Assembly (NCBI GenBank): GCA_964016885.1 | Contig: OZ024746.1 | Location: forward strand, 26,102,001 to 26,166,000 | DNA from: Eledone cirrhosa | Taxonomy: Eukaryota | DNA length: 64,000 nucleotides | Reading direction: 5' to 3' | Shown here: positions 42,106-53,793 of the stretch, piece by piece | Layout of the letters: every line of letters starts with the position of its first letter | Position numbering within the stretch: the stretch's first letter is position 1 | Translations under genes and position numbers: made by a program | Notes under the pieces: model-generated | Told to the model about the DNA's origin: nothing | Databases searched by the model: none | The model's input: only the letters and a program-made list of their open reading frames with translations

Positions 42106-44614
42106 ATGTCACCATTTTTCTAGTAAAAACAATAAAAGCACAACACTGTGTTCTAATGATAATAATAAAAAGGTGTTTAAATTTCATTGCAATGTACATT
42201 AAAATTTCTAAATTGAAATCATTGCTTTTAATATCCCTTTAGACATTTTGCTCACTTTGAAAATGTTACAAAGATATTTATTAAAGAATTATCATAATTT
42301 TATGTCCACTTTTCATGATGCTGTGAGTTGGACAGGTTATCTTAGTCAGAGTATACAAGTCAGATGCCCACATTCTGCTCATACATAGCATTTTTGCATG
42401 GATTTTACAGTTGGATGCCCATCCTAAAGTGAATCATTTTAAAGAGTATACTGGATATATTTTATTATGGCACTAGCACTACCATTTTATATAGTGTACT
42501 GGGAGAATTTTATTGTAGCCTCAGCACTGTCACTTTACAGAGTCTACTGGGAGGATCTTATCATGGCACCAGTAGTACCACTCTACAGAGTATACTAGAT
42601 GTATTTGATTGTGGTACAAGCATTACCTTTTTACAGAGTGTACTGGGAGCATTTTATTGTGGCATTAGCACTACTATTTTACAGAGTGTACAGGGATGAT
42701 TTTATCATGGCACCTTCACTAGAGGAGTTATCATGTACTCAGCAAGAGTCCTCTTTATTCTATATTTTATCTGTCTTAATAAAGTCCTAAAACACTATAC
42801 AGATAAGACACATGATAGAAAATACAATAACATGGAAAGAATTATTACATTTAAATCACATGAGAACCAAATTCAAAAGCAATAACAGTAATGTTAGAAT
42901 TATGGTGAGGAAAGAGGCTAGAAATCAAACAGTCTTGTGAATAATAATGAAGTTACTACTTTAGAAATTTGGGGGACATAAATAGAAATCTGTTTTCTTG
43001 AAATACAATTGGCTTTAAGAATCTTTTTTTCTTCTATATTCTTAAAAAGAAGTTTTCTATGAATGTCTAATTCAGTAAATCAATGAATCCATTTATGTTT
43101 TGTTGTGGCTCGCAGTAAAACATTCATACAGCAGTTATACAGAATGCATATACATAGCAGTCATACAGTAGTTACACAGAATACATATAGATACAGCAGG
43201 CATATACTACAGTGATATATACTATAATTATGCATAAAGCAATAGTGGTATATAAATACTATAATTATACATACAGCAGTTATACTTTCTTTAGGCCCTC
43301 TTCAGTCATGAATGACCATGGTTTTGTACCTAGAAAGTTTCTCCCCAAAGCACAAACCTGTGTAAGTTGTGTTTGTGGAACTCCATGCCACTGTTGTTAT
43401 CCAATGGAAAGGCAATGGCCGATACAGCTTGGCACCAGTGATGTTGCAACTCATTTCTACAGCTGAGTAAACTCAAGCAACATGAAATAAAGAGTCTTGC
43501 TCAAGAACACAACACATCACCTGGTCCAAGAATCAAACTCACAACCTCCCAATTGCAAGCCCAATGTTCTAATCACTAAGCCTACAGTGATATATATACT
43601 ATAACAATTCATACAGCAATCATACTACAGTAATATATATATACTATAATTATATATATAGCAGTTACACTACAATGATATATATACTATAATTATACAT
43701 ACAATCGTTATACAACGGTGATATATACACCATATTTCAAATGGAAGACAGTGCCTATGGTTTTCAATTAATTTTGAAAATAATCACAAACATTTGAAAG
43801 AATTTAGTAAAATAACTTTATTATTATGGTGGTGTTTGGACCATACCTTAGCAAAGGTTCTTACATAGAATTGTGATGGAAGGTTCTTAAATAGATATAA
43901 ACATTTTAAAACAGACAGTTTTATATCATAAAACCAGGGATGGTTTCAGGCAGTTTGCTATCAAAAGGATTAAATGATTAATTCGCTAGCTATTTTTGAA
44001 ACAAGAGCAAAGGAAGCTATATAAATTACACAGCTACTTCTTAAAGCTACTTAGAAACAGAATTGAATGCAAATTAATTTATTTAATGTAGGAATTCTTA
44101 TATCAAAATACCAACAACTGGACAGGAAATCTACTAAGCTGGTACACAATTTTAGCTCATTGTATAAAGCAGAGAATTATATGAACATCTGTGTCTGACA
44201 AGGAAAACTACCCAAAAGGTGTCTAATAGAAAAGTAAAGCACAGATAAAATAGCAGAACCTATATTTGATTGATTAAATTGCCAATATCACTGCCAGGAA
44301 GCAAATATGAGCAGAAAGTCTATACTGAAGACATTGATTATAATTTGGAGAATATCAGAAGAAAATTTCAACTTTTCTACAGATTTCAATAAGATGCTAT
44401 GAAAATAAATTAAAAAGGATTTTTAAATTATTTCTATGTTGTAACATCTGATATTTAACTTGATCAACTTAGAAAAGGTTAAGCACATTAAAAGAACTTT
44501 AGTTTATGATTTTTTTTAGTTGTAAAGTATATATTAATATATTAAAATTTTCTTTTGACAGCTTAATAATGTTTTCAGAGAGAGAAATGTATAAAGTTCT
44601 TCGTGGTAAATATT

Positions 44615-45035
44615 TGAGTGGTATGTCTGTGAGTGAGGTATGTGTCTGAATGGTATGTCTGTGAGTGAGGTATGTGTCTGAGTGGTATGTCATGTGTCTG
44701 AATGATATGTCATGTGTCTGAGTGGTATGTCATGTGTCTGAGTGGTATGTCATGTGTGAGTGGTATGCCATGTGTCTGAATGATATGTCATGTGTCTGAG
44801 TGGTATGTTGTGTGAGTGGTATGTCATGTGTCTGAGTGGTATGTCATGACTCTGAGTAGTATATCATGTGTCTGAGTGGTATATCATGTGTCTGAGTGGT
44901 ATATCATGTGTCTGAGTGGTATATCATGTGTCTGAGTGGTATATCATGTGTCTGAGTGGTATATCATGTGTCTGAGTGGTATATCATGTGTCTGAGTGGT
45001 ATGTCATGTGTCTGAATGGTATGGCATATGTCTTA
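44615..45035. repeat. 20-bp minisatellite (GAGTGGTATATCATGTGTCT)n
   Basis: Directly visible. Confidence 0.92.
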
Positions 45036-46815
45036 GTATAGTCTAGGCACAAGTGTGGTATAGGACTAGTTTCTTCTATTAATCTTTTGATGAAGGGATT
45101 TTATTCCGAAATACAAGGACCTATAAAGAACTTCAAGATAACATCCCAACATCATTGTTATCATATTTTTAACATTTACTATCCAATTCACATTGTCGTA
45201 GACTTCAAACGAAACACTATTTTCTACACTGTACACAATGCTTTAAGTTACAACACCCTAATAATAATTATGACAATAATAATGGTTTTTGATTTAAGTA
45301 CAATGCCAACAGTTTTGGGGAAGGGAAAGTCAATTAAATCGACCCCAGTGCATTATTGGTGCTTTATTTTATTGACCCTTTAAGGATGAAAGGCAAAGCT
45401 AACCTTGGCAGAATTTGAACTTAGATGTCCAACACTACCGATATTGTCAATCCACCAATTACGATAAAAATAATGATGTTTTTATTGGTTGCAAGAGCTC
45501 AAGACATTTGGGATAATAGAAGGAGGAGAAACAACACAGAGTGGGGGGTTTACATCAATTACAAAGAAGGGGATATCAACAAAGAGAAAATAGTAGGTAT
45601 ACCAGTAACACTGATTGTAATAAAAAAGAATGATAACAATACAAAATTATAACAAAAATCAACTAAGAGGAGTTCCCTAATAGAAGAACCCTTTAGAATA
45701 ATTCCAGGGAAAGCACAACATGAAATTCCAGATTACTTTGTCACACTGAGGGCATTGAAAGTGCCTTTTCTCAGTTTCTTTTCTCAGCCTTGTTGCTCTC
45801 ATCTTTCATGAAACACATTAGAAGGCAGCATCTTTATCTCTTTACTTTTTACCTTCTTGCTCAAGTGGTACTCTAAGAAGTTGATAAGGTTCTGGCTGAA
45901 GTGGAAGATTCCATTCTTCAAACCTTTTACACATGTCCACCATAAATCTTTTTTTTTGCCATAACTCCCAGATAGAAGAAAACATGCCAGATTTTCCTTC
46001 TAAAGCAAAGTGTCTTGTTCAATTTTCACTATAGACCCAACTGATAGCCGGATATATCTGTGATAGCAAATGTTTGACACAGGGTCACAAGTCTGCACAG
46101 ACCCTGGACAATAGCATGCACAGACCCGGCCAATAGCATGCACAGACCCCGGCCAATAGCATGCAGTTCCATTATCTTGTATGCTTCTCAGACAGGTTCA
46201 GCTATTGGCACAGCTATGCTTGTAGATCTGGTCAGAAACTGGTAGTTACTCCCCACCTCACCTTTACATAGAACAGCCATGCCAAGGATTTTTGGAAATT
46301 GTCCATAATCCTTGGCTTGAAAGTCCTGCAGAAGAGTCTATTCAAACTGTCCTCATCGATAATGATGATAATAATAATAACAATATTACTACTAATAATA
46401 ATGATTGATTTGTTTCATTACAGCAGTCATGAGAGATATTGATTTATTGTTCTGATAAAACAAATCCATGAATAATTTCCATTTCCAGAATTCTCAAGTT
46501 CCCTTCTATTGCTTTCGAATCTCTCGTAATTTAAAATAGGGATCAACAGGATTATACAGCTTTAATGGATTACAGGAGTGGGGAATGGGAAGGAGAGGCA
46601 TTATATATTTTATACTATGAAGAAATATACACACAAATAACACCAATCATATTAGATACAGTGGTACATAACACATTGTTTTATTGAGGGAATAAATACT
46701 TGTTTTACTGATTTCAGTCATTCGAATGCAGCTATGCTGGGGTATCGCTTTAATTTACTTTATCATATCAACACCCAGTCCTTTTTCTTTCTAGTCTGGT
46801 ACATAAACACAATGA

Positions 46816-46848
<33 letters not shown>

Positions 46849-46854
46849 AATATA

Positions 46855-46980
46855 TATAGGAAAAGAGTCAGGACCCCGACAGCTGAGTTTCAGCTGTTTC
46901 AACAGCTAGATCCAAACAGTTCAGATCTAGCTGTCGAAACGACCGGAGCTCAGCCATCGGGGTCCTGACTCTTTTCCTAT
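46855..46980. mobile_element. Fold-back element (family D) made of two hammerhead 3' halves
   Basis: ATAGGAAAAGAGTCAGGACCCCGA..AGCTAGATC versus GATCTAGCT..TCGGGGTCCTGACTCTTTTCCTAT; GAAAC..GCC-ATC-GGGG on right arm. Confidence 0.7.
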
Positions 46981-47079
46981 TACCCACTCTACTACCCTAA
47001 GTATCGAATACTCTGGTGCGTTATGGTCCACCTGGTTTCTTATCACACTTTCTTTCTTATATATATACATATATATATT

Positions 47080-47263
47080 TATGTAATAAACAACATAAGG
47101 CAATTATTCCATTTACCAGTGGTTTCTTAAAAGCAAAAGATTTTGCTTTCAATCCTCAGAATGAAAAAATCCTGGTCTTCATTCTGAGGATTGAAAGCAA
47201 AATCTTTTGCTTTTAAGAAACCACTGGTAAATGGAATAATTGCCTTATGTTGTTTATTACATA
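47080..47263. repeat. Perfect ~86-bp-arm palindrome (family E)
   Basis: TATGTAATAAACAAC...CCTCAGAATGAA, 12-nt spacer, TTCATTCTGAGG...GTTGTTTATTACATA. Confidence 0.9.
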
Positions 47264-47342
47264 ACTATTAAGCTCTATTACCTACATAGAGCACTCTTTT
47301 TTCCTGGACTTTTCCGACGGAATTACTTCATTTACACACATC

Positions 47343-47369
<27 letters not shown>

Positions 47370-47373
<4 letters not shown>

Positions 47374-47655
47374 TGGAACCTCAGTTCACGAACACTTCTC
47401 ATCACAAACAATTTTTCTGAACATAAAACATCTCGTTTCACAAACAGTGTATCGAGTAACGAACATGCAAATCGGCAACAAGCTTGGAGTATTCATGGGA
47501 ATGTGTCACTTGCTGCGTAGTTAGTTATTATGGTGATATCTCTCATTGTATTTCACTGCTAACATTTAACATATGAGAAAAATAGTTTTGGTTTATGAAC
47601 ATTTTGGGTGTCAAATGACCTTTAGGAATGAATTAAGTTTATGAACCAAGGTTCA
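47370..47655. mobile_element. pogo/Tigger-like MITE
   Basis: CAGTGGAACCTCAGTTCACGAAC ... GTTTATGAACCAAGGTTC inverted ends; TA at left. Confidence 0.65.
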
Positions 47656-49189
47656 TAAACTTCATGAGCTTATACAGTTTCTGTCTACCAAATTTCATTC
47701 ACAAGGCATTGGTCATCTCAAAGCTATAATATAAAACACTTGACTAAGGTAAAAAGTGGGACTGAACCTAAAATCAGATGGTTGTGGAGGGAACTCCTTA
47801 ACTACACATCCACGTAAAAGAAAATTCTATGATGTCTTCAGTGTTTTTTTTTGGTATACAAATTAAACTGACCAGTTTTTAGACATTATCATATCAGACC
47901 AGTGTTTCTATTGGTCTTTCCAATGCTAATACTTTCTGTCAGTTAAAACTCCTGTTAAAGGTGAATTTGGCATGGTCATTAGAGTGGCAGATTAAATGCT
48001 TTGGTATTTTTCTGGCACTTTGTTCACTGAGTTCAAAATGCATTAAAACCAAATTTGCCTTTCATCCTTTCAGGATCAATATATTACCACTCCAGAAAGG
48101 AGAGATGCTGTACCAAGAAGGACCCATCCAACCCATGCAAGTGTGGAATAACGGACGTAATAATGATGATAATTAGGATGCTATATGTGTGTGTATAATG
48201 TATATGTATATATGTGTGTGTTTGTGTCCGTCTTTCTCTACCATAATTTTGAGGTTTGGCAAAAAGAAACTGATAAAATAAGTATTATGGTTAATATGAT
48301 CAACTAAAATCCCTTTAAGTTAGTGCCCCAACATGGCCAAAGGCTAATGACAGGAACCAGTGACTATAAAAGAATACACTACAGTGAATATTGTAAGAGA
48401 AAGACTGAGCGTGAAATACATAGTTACAATATTATGACCTTTTCATTTGCCATTAGTGAGGAGAGAAAGTGGCAACTACAACAGGGGAGATAATAGAGAT
48501 ATTTCTATACAATCTATAATGTCATATTTGATTAAATGTATTCCATTCTTTTACTTCTTTTAGTCATCAAATTATGGCCATGCTGGAGCACTGTTCTTTT
48601 ACTGGCTTCAATCATCAGATTGTGACAATGCTGGGACAGTGTTCTTTTACTGGTTTCAGTCATCAGATTGTCACCATTTGAAGGCATTATTCTTTTACAC
48701 ACATACACACATCTACATTTATATAACCAACACAATAATGGAAAGTTGGACATTAAAAATGATAAGACAATTATGATAGGCTTCTGTACAGTTTCTGCCT
48801 GCTAAATTTCACTGACAAAGTCAACAGTAGGAAGAGACTTGTCTAAGTACTCATGCAGTGTGACTGAACCTGAAACTTGCTTCCTTAATAAGCTATTTCT
48901 CTGGCACCCAGAGCTTTCTATATGTCACTGTTATAATAAATGCTAGAGATTGCTGCTTAATATGTTTTATATTGGCCAAATATGAAATAAAATAGCATCA
49001 CAGAGGAGGAATATATTGCAGTGAGGAAATGCTGAGTTCAAGCCATATACAATATCATTAATAACAAACAGAAAACATTAGGTAATTAGAATTTTAGACA
49101 GATTAGCATATAAATTTGATTAGTACTTGTGCGTGTGTTGTCAATATAGGAATAACCTTTAGTCAATATATCATGGTACATGTGTATGT

Positions 49190-49202
49190 ATCTGATATAT
49201 AA

Positions 49203-49233
<31 letters not shown>

Positions 49234-49632
49234 ATGCGATTGTGTGTGTGTATATATATATGTATATATATGTATATAATGTGTGTGTGTGTATATATAT
49301 ATGTATATATATATACATATATATATATACATATATATATGTATATAATGTGTGTGTGTGTATATATATGTATATATATATGTTTATATATATATATATA
49401 TGTATATAATGTGTGTGTGTGTGTATATATATATGTATATATATATATATATGTGTATATAATGTGTGTGTGTGTGTGTATATATGTATATATATATATG
49501 TATATAATGTGTGTGTGTATATATATATATGTATATATATATATGTATATAATGTGTGTGTATATATATATGTATATATATATATATATATATGTATATA
49601 ATGTGTGTGTGTATATATATATGTATATATAT
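49190..49632. repeat. Compound (TA)/(TG) minisatellite
   Basis: Repeated GTATATAATGTGTGTG(TA)n; continues at 50187-50505. Confidence 0.9.
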
Positions 49633-50187
49633 GTAGATAAATCTACCAAAAGTTTACGGTAGTGTCCAATCCGTATGAAGAACTCAATGTAATCCGGATA
49701 TCATGGAAAGAAGAGATGCATTCAAAAATCACTTTCGGTGAAAGATAAACGGAATACAGAGTCAAGATAAAATATTAAAAAAATAATGAATAAAACAATG
49801 AAACAGTTCCTTATATTAAACAAAAAAAGTTCATTATTTAACGATCGTTTCTAGGACATATATGTGTTAGAATTGGCATGCATATTCAAAAGATCTATGT
49901 ACAAAATTATACAAAATTATACAAAATTATACAAACTATCAAATAGAATATACATACCAACACATACATATGCCGTCTTCTGAAGACGGCATATGTATGT
50001 GTTGGTATGTATATTCTATTTGATAGTTTGTATAATTTTGTATAATTTTGTACATAGATCTTTTGAATATGCATACCAATTCTAACACATATATGTCCTA
50101 GAAACGATCGTTAAATAATGAACTTTTTTTGTTTAATATAAGGAACTGTTTCATTGTTTTATTCATTATTTTTTTAATATTTTATAT
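49632..50187. mobile_element. Fold-back element (family F): ~205-bp arms, 1-nt spacer, hammerhead with long helix II
   Basis: 49768-49980 is the reverse complement of 49982-50185; CTGAAGA at 49980-49986; GAAA-C-GATC-G-TT at 50101-50112. Confidence 0.8.
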
Positions 50188-50506
50188 ATATATATATATG
50201 TATATAATGTGTGTGTGTATATATATATATGTATATAATGTGTGCGTGTGTATATATATATGTATATATATATGTATATATATATATATATATATATGTA
50301 TATAATGTGTGCGTGTGTATATATATATATATATATATGTTTATGTGTGTATATATATATGTATATATATATATGTATGTATATATATATATATGTTTAT
50401 AATGTGTGTGTATATATGTATATATATATGCATGTATATATATATATATATATGTTTATAATGTGTGTGTATATATATATGTATATATATATGCATGTAT
50501 ATATGT

Positions 50507-50872
50507 GAAACCTACTACAGTCAGTAGGCACCTCTAACAAAATACACCCCCGTCCCACTACCCCCACCCCATCCCTTTCAATGTAAAGTTATGTTGGTAC
50601 CACAACATGCAGCCCGAAACAAATGAGGTCGTGTAGGTGTCACGACAAAAAAACACACAGTCCACGCTGTAATGTGGCCGTGTAGGTAACACGGTAAAAA
50701 CCTCCCAGTTCCACACTGTAAATGGGGTTGGTGTTAGGAAGGGCATCCAGCCGTAGAAAACCCGCCAGACAGTCCTATGCGAGCAAGACACCCAATCTTG
50801 CCTCAAGTGGGAAAACTCCCGTCCAAACCCATGCAAGCATGGAATATGGACGTTAAACAATGATGATGATGA
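50507..50872 (+). mobile_element. RTE-clade LINE 3' UTR fragment
   Basis: Reverse-complement homolog of 5105-5490; (GAT)n tail. Confidence 0.85.
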
Positions 50873-51060
50873 ATATATATATATATATATATATAAGTAT
50901 GTATATATATATATATATGTTTATAATGTGTGTTTGTATATATATATGATTCCAGTTCCTCAGTGAAATAACAACCCAACCAGGAACTGGTCATATCAGA
51001 GTATTGACAAAATTATACACCTCAACAACATATGTACTTGTCTATATCACACTAATTCGG

Positions 51061-51115
51061 ACTGCCTGAAGAGGTCACAGCCAAAGATGGCTGTCACTGA
51101 AATATATATAGCAGT
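51061..51115 (+). ncRNA. Minimal type-I hammerhead ribozyme (family G), intact core
   Basis: ACTGC-CTGAAGA-GGTCACAGCCA.AAGA.TGGCTGTCACT-GAAA-T-ATAT-A-TA-GCAGT followed by AATAAA. Confidence 0.85.
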
Positions 51116-51258
51116 AATAAACGAAGCTAAATTTTAAACATTTGACTTTTTATTTAACTTTATTTTACATTACTCCAGAGTAACCAAACCAACCTGCGCA
51201 CTTCGTCGAGTGCTCCAGCCTGCATACTGAGGTGTTGGTATACTCCCGTCCAAACCCA

Positions 51259-51868
51259 CGCTCGCATGGGTTTGGACGGGAGTTTTCCCACTTGAGGCAT
51301 AGGACTGTCTGGCGGGTTTTCTACGGCTGGATGCTCTTCCTAACACCAACCACATTTGCAGTGTGGACTGGGAGGTTTTTACCGTGTTACCTACACGGCC
51401 ACATAACAGCGTGGACTGTGTGTTTTTTTTGTCGTGACACCTACATGACCTCATTTGTTTCGGGCTGGATGTTGTGGTACCAACATAACTTTACATTGAA
51501 AGCGGTGGTGTGGATGGGGGTGGGGGTAGTGGGACTGGGGTGTATTTTATTAGAGGTGCCTACTGACTGTAGTAGGTTTCACTTTGCACTTAGGTAAGGC
51601 GGGTTTTCTCTATTACTGTGTAGCGCCAAAGATCTCGGTCCAGTGACATTGTCTTGGAGAGGTGTAAGTGTGTGAGGTCGGAATTTATCAAGTCGTCACA
51701 GGTTTTTCTGGGTCTGCCTACTCCATGGCTACCGTCTATTTTTATACAGCTGTCGTCTTTCATGCGCATCACGTGACCATACCAACATAGTCTTCTCTCG
51801 AGTAAACAACATCTGATCCCTCTTATTTCTAATTTCTCCCTTAGTTCGTTTATGCTTTGCCATTCACG

Positions 51869-51875
<7 letters not shown>
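51259..51875 (-). mobile_element. RTE-clade LINE 3' fragment lacking tail
   Basis: MRMKDDSCIK..GVGRPRKTCDDLINSD; homolog of 33100-33880. Confidence 0.85.
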
Positions 51876-51919
<44 letters not shown>

Positions 51920-51981
51920 AATGGATTAGAATGAAACAAAATTTCATTTCTCACTCTTAGTACGGCACTTACTTAAATGTA

Positions 51982-52500
51982 AGTATGTATGTATGTATAC
52001 GTACATACATATATGTAAACAGACGTACAGTAGTATGTATATATATACACACATGCACACACATATATATATGCACTATCGGTTTACCGAACATTTATTA
52101 TAATGCTCGGTTTGTTTGTTTGTTAACAAACAAACAGCCCGAATTACGCCGTACAGTGTTTAGGCAACCACATCATCTTTTTGTTCAACACTGACACAGG
52201 AACGATGTACTAGTTTCAAGCTTATTAGCTATATTCAGCATTGTATACCTTCCTGCCAGATGGTTGAACGTCTGAAAGTATATACTTCCCTTATGCATAT
52301 TAACGGCTGAGCAGCCTAATTTGCATATCGAGTTTGTTTTTTTACAAACAAACAAACCGCGCATTATAATAAATGTTCAGTAAACCGATACGTGCATATA
52401 TATATGTGTGCATGTGTGTATATATATACATACTACTGTACGTCTGTATACATATAGGTATGTACGTATACATACATACATACATACATACATACATACA
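51982..52500. mobile_element. Fold-back/MITE-like element: ~150-bp inverted arms, ~195-bp core
   Basis: About 51984-52135 is the reverse complement of about 52332-52490 with scattered mismatches. Confidence 0.7.
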
Positions 52501-52514
52501 TACTTACATACATG

Positions 52515-52593
<79 letters not shown>

Positions 52594-53132
52594 AGGATGA
52601 CAGCTGCATAAAAAAGTGCAGAGCAATCATGCTAGCATAGAAAATGGACATAAAACAGTGTTGATGATGATGATGATAGTATATAACATCATCATCATCA
52701 ACATTTAACGTCCATTTTCCCTGCTAGCATGGATTGAACATTATATAAATGATAGATTGAGGGGAGAGAGAGAAAGAGGTATTCTTTTTTTCTTTCCTTT
52801 ATTGATCTATGTGTTTGCATGTCTATGAGTGTAGGTTTGTGTGTGCGTGTGCATGTGTGCATGCATGTGTGCGTGCGTGCAAGCACAGCATGGAGTTTAA
52901 AGCAAAAAAATAGTTTTTTGGGGGTGAATATTATAAAGGCATAAGTGTGGCTGTGTGATTAAAGAAATTGCTTTGCAACCACTTGGTTTTGGGTTCAGTC
53001 TCACTGTGTGGCACCTTGGGCAAGTTTTTACTATAACCTAGGGTTTACTAATACTTTTGAGTGAAATTTGGTAGAAAACAATATATATAGAAGTCCATTT
53101 CACACACACACACTGATATATATACACACACA

Positions 53133-53208
53133 CAGGGTGTGCCCCTAAAGATGTATACACACTTCAACAACATTCTAATAAATATGTGTATATATTTTTG
53201 GGACACCC

Positions 53209-53210
<2 letters not shown>
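53133..53210. mobile_element. Tiny Tc1/mariner-type MITE
   Basis: CAGGGTGTGCCCCTAAAGATGTATACAC / GTGTATATATTTTTGGGACACCCTG; half copy at 17617-17652. Confidence 0.65.
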
Positions 53211-53245
<35 letters not shown>

Positions 53246-53289
53246 TGACGAAACGTTAGTCAATTGCATGAACTCATAATCCTTTATTC

Positions 53290-53347
53290 ACTGCTATATA
53301 TATATTTTGATGATAGCCATTGAATGGCTATGACCTCATCAGGCAGT
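53290..53347 (-). ncRNA. Hammerhead motif (family G), mutated core
   Basis: Minus strand: ACTGC-CTGATGA-GGTCATAGCCA.TTCAA.TGGCTATCATC-AAAA-TATATATATA-GCAGT-GAATAAA. Confidence 0.7.
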
Positions 53348-53793
53348 TAGTTAGTTCTTCGAGATGTGCCAGCTCTGTGTTTATGGTGTTGATGGTATCA
53401 GAGCCTTGGGACATATACGCATGTGTGTGTTTACATTTACTGTTTGCTTATGTTCCATAGCTTAACTTTTCAATAAAAAGAGATTGATAAAATCAGTACG
53501 GAAACCTGATAAAAATAAAGCTGTGGTTTAATGACTGAAACCAACAAAAAGTAAAAAACTATCTTTCAAACTTTTGACTAGATAAAGACCCAGGTAACAA
53601 AATTTAATTTTTATTCACCTCCACAGAAATTAAATGAATATAAAATTACAAAAGATAACTAAATTTACCAGTGTTTAATACAACTTACATGAAAAAAGAA
53701 TCAGTAAACTATAAATGCAAACCTACCTTTAATGCCTGAAATATTTTTGAATGGTAGCCTAGCAATATTTCTTCTCCCATTATAAAAGAATCA

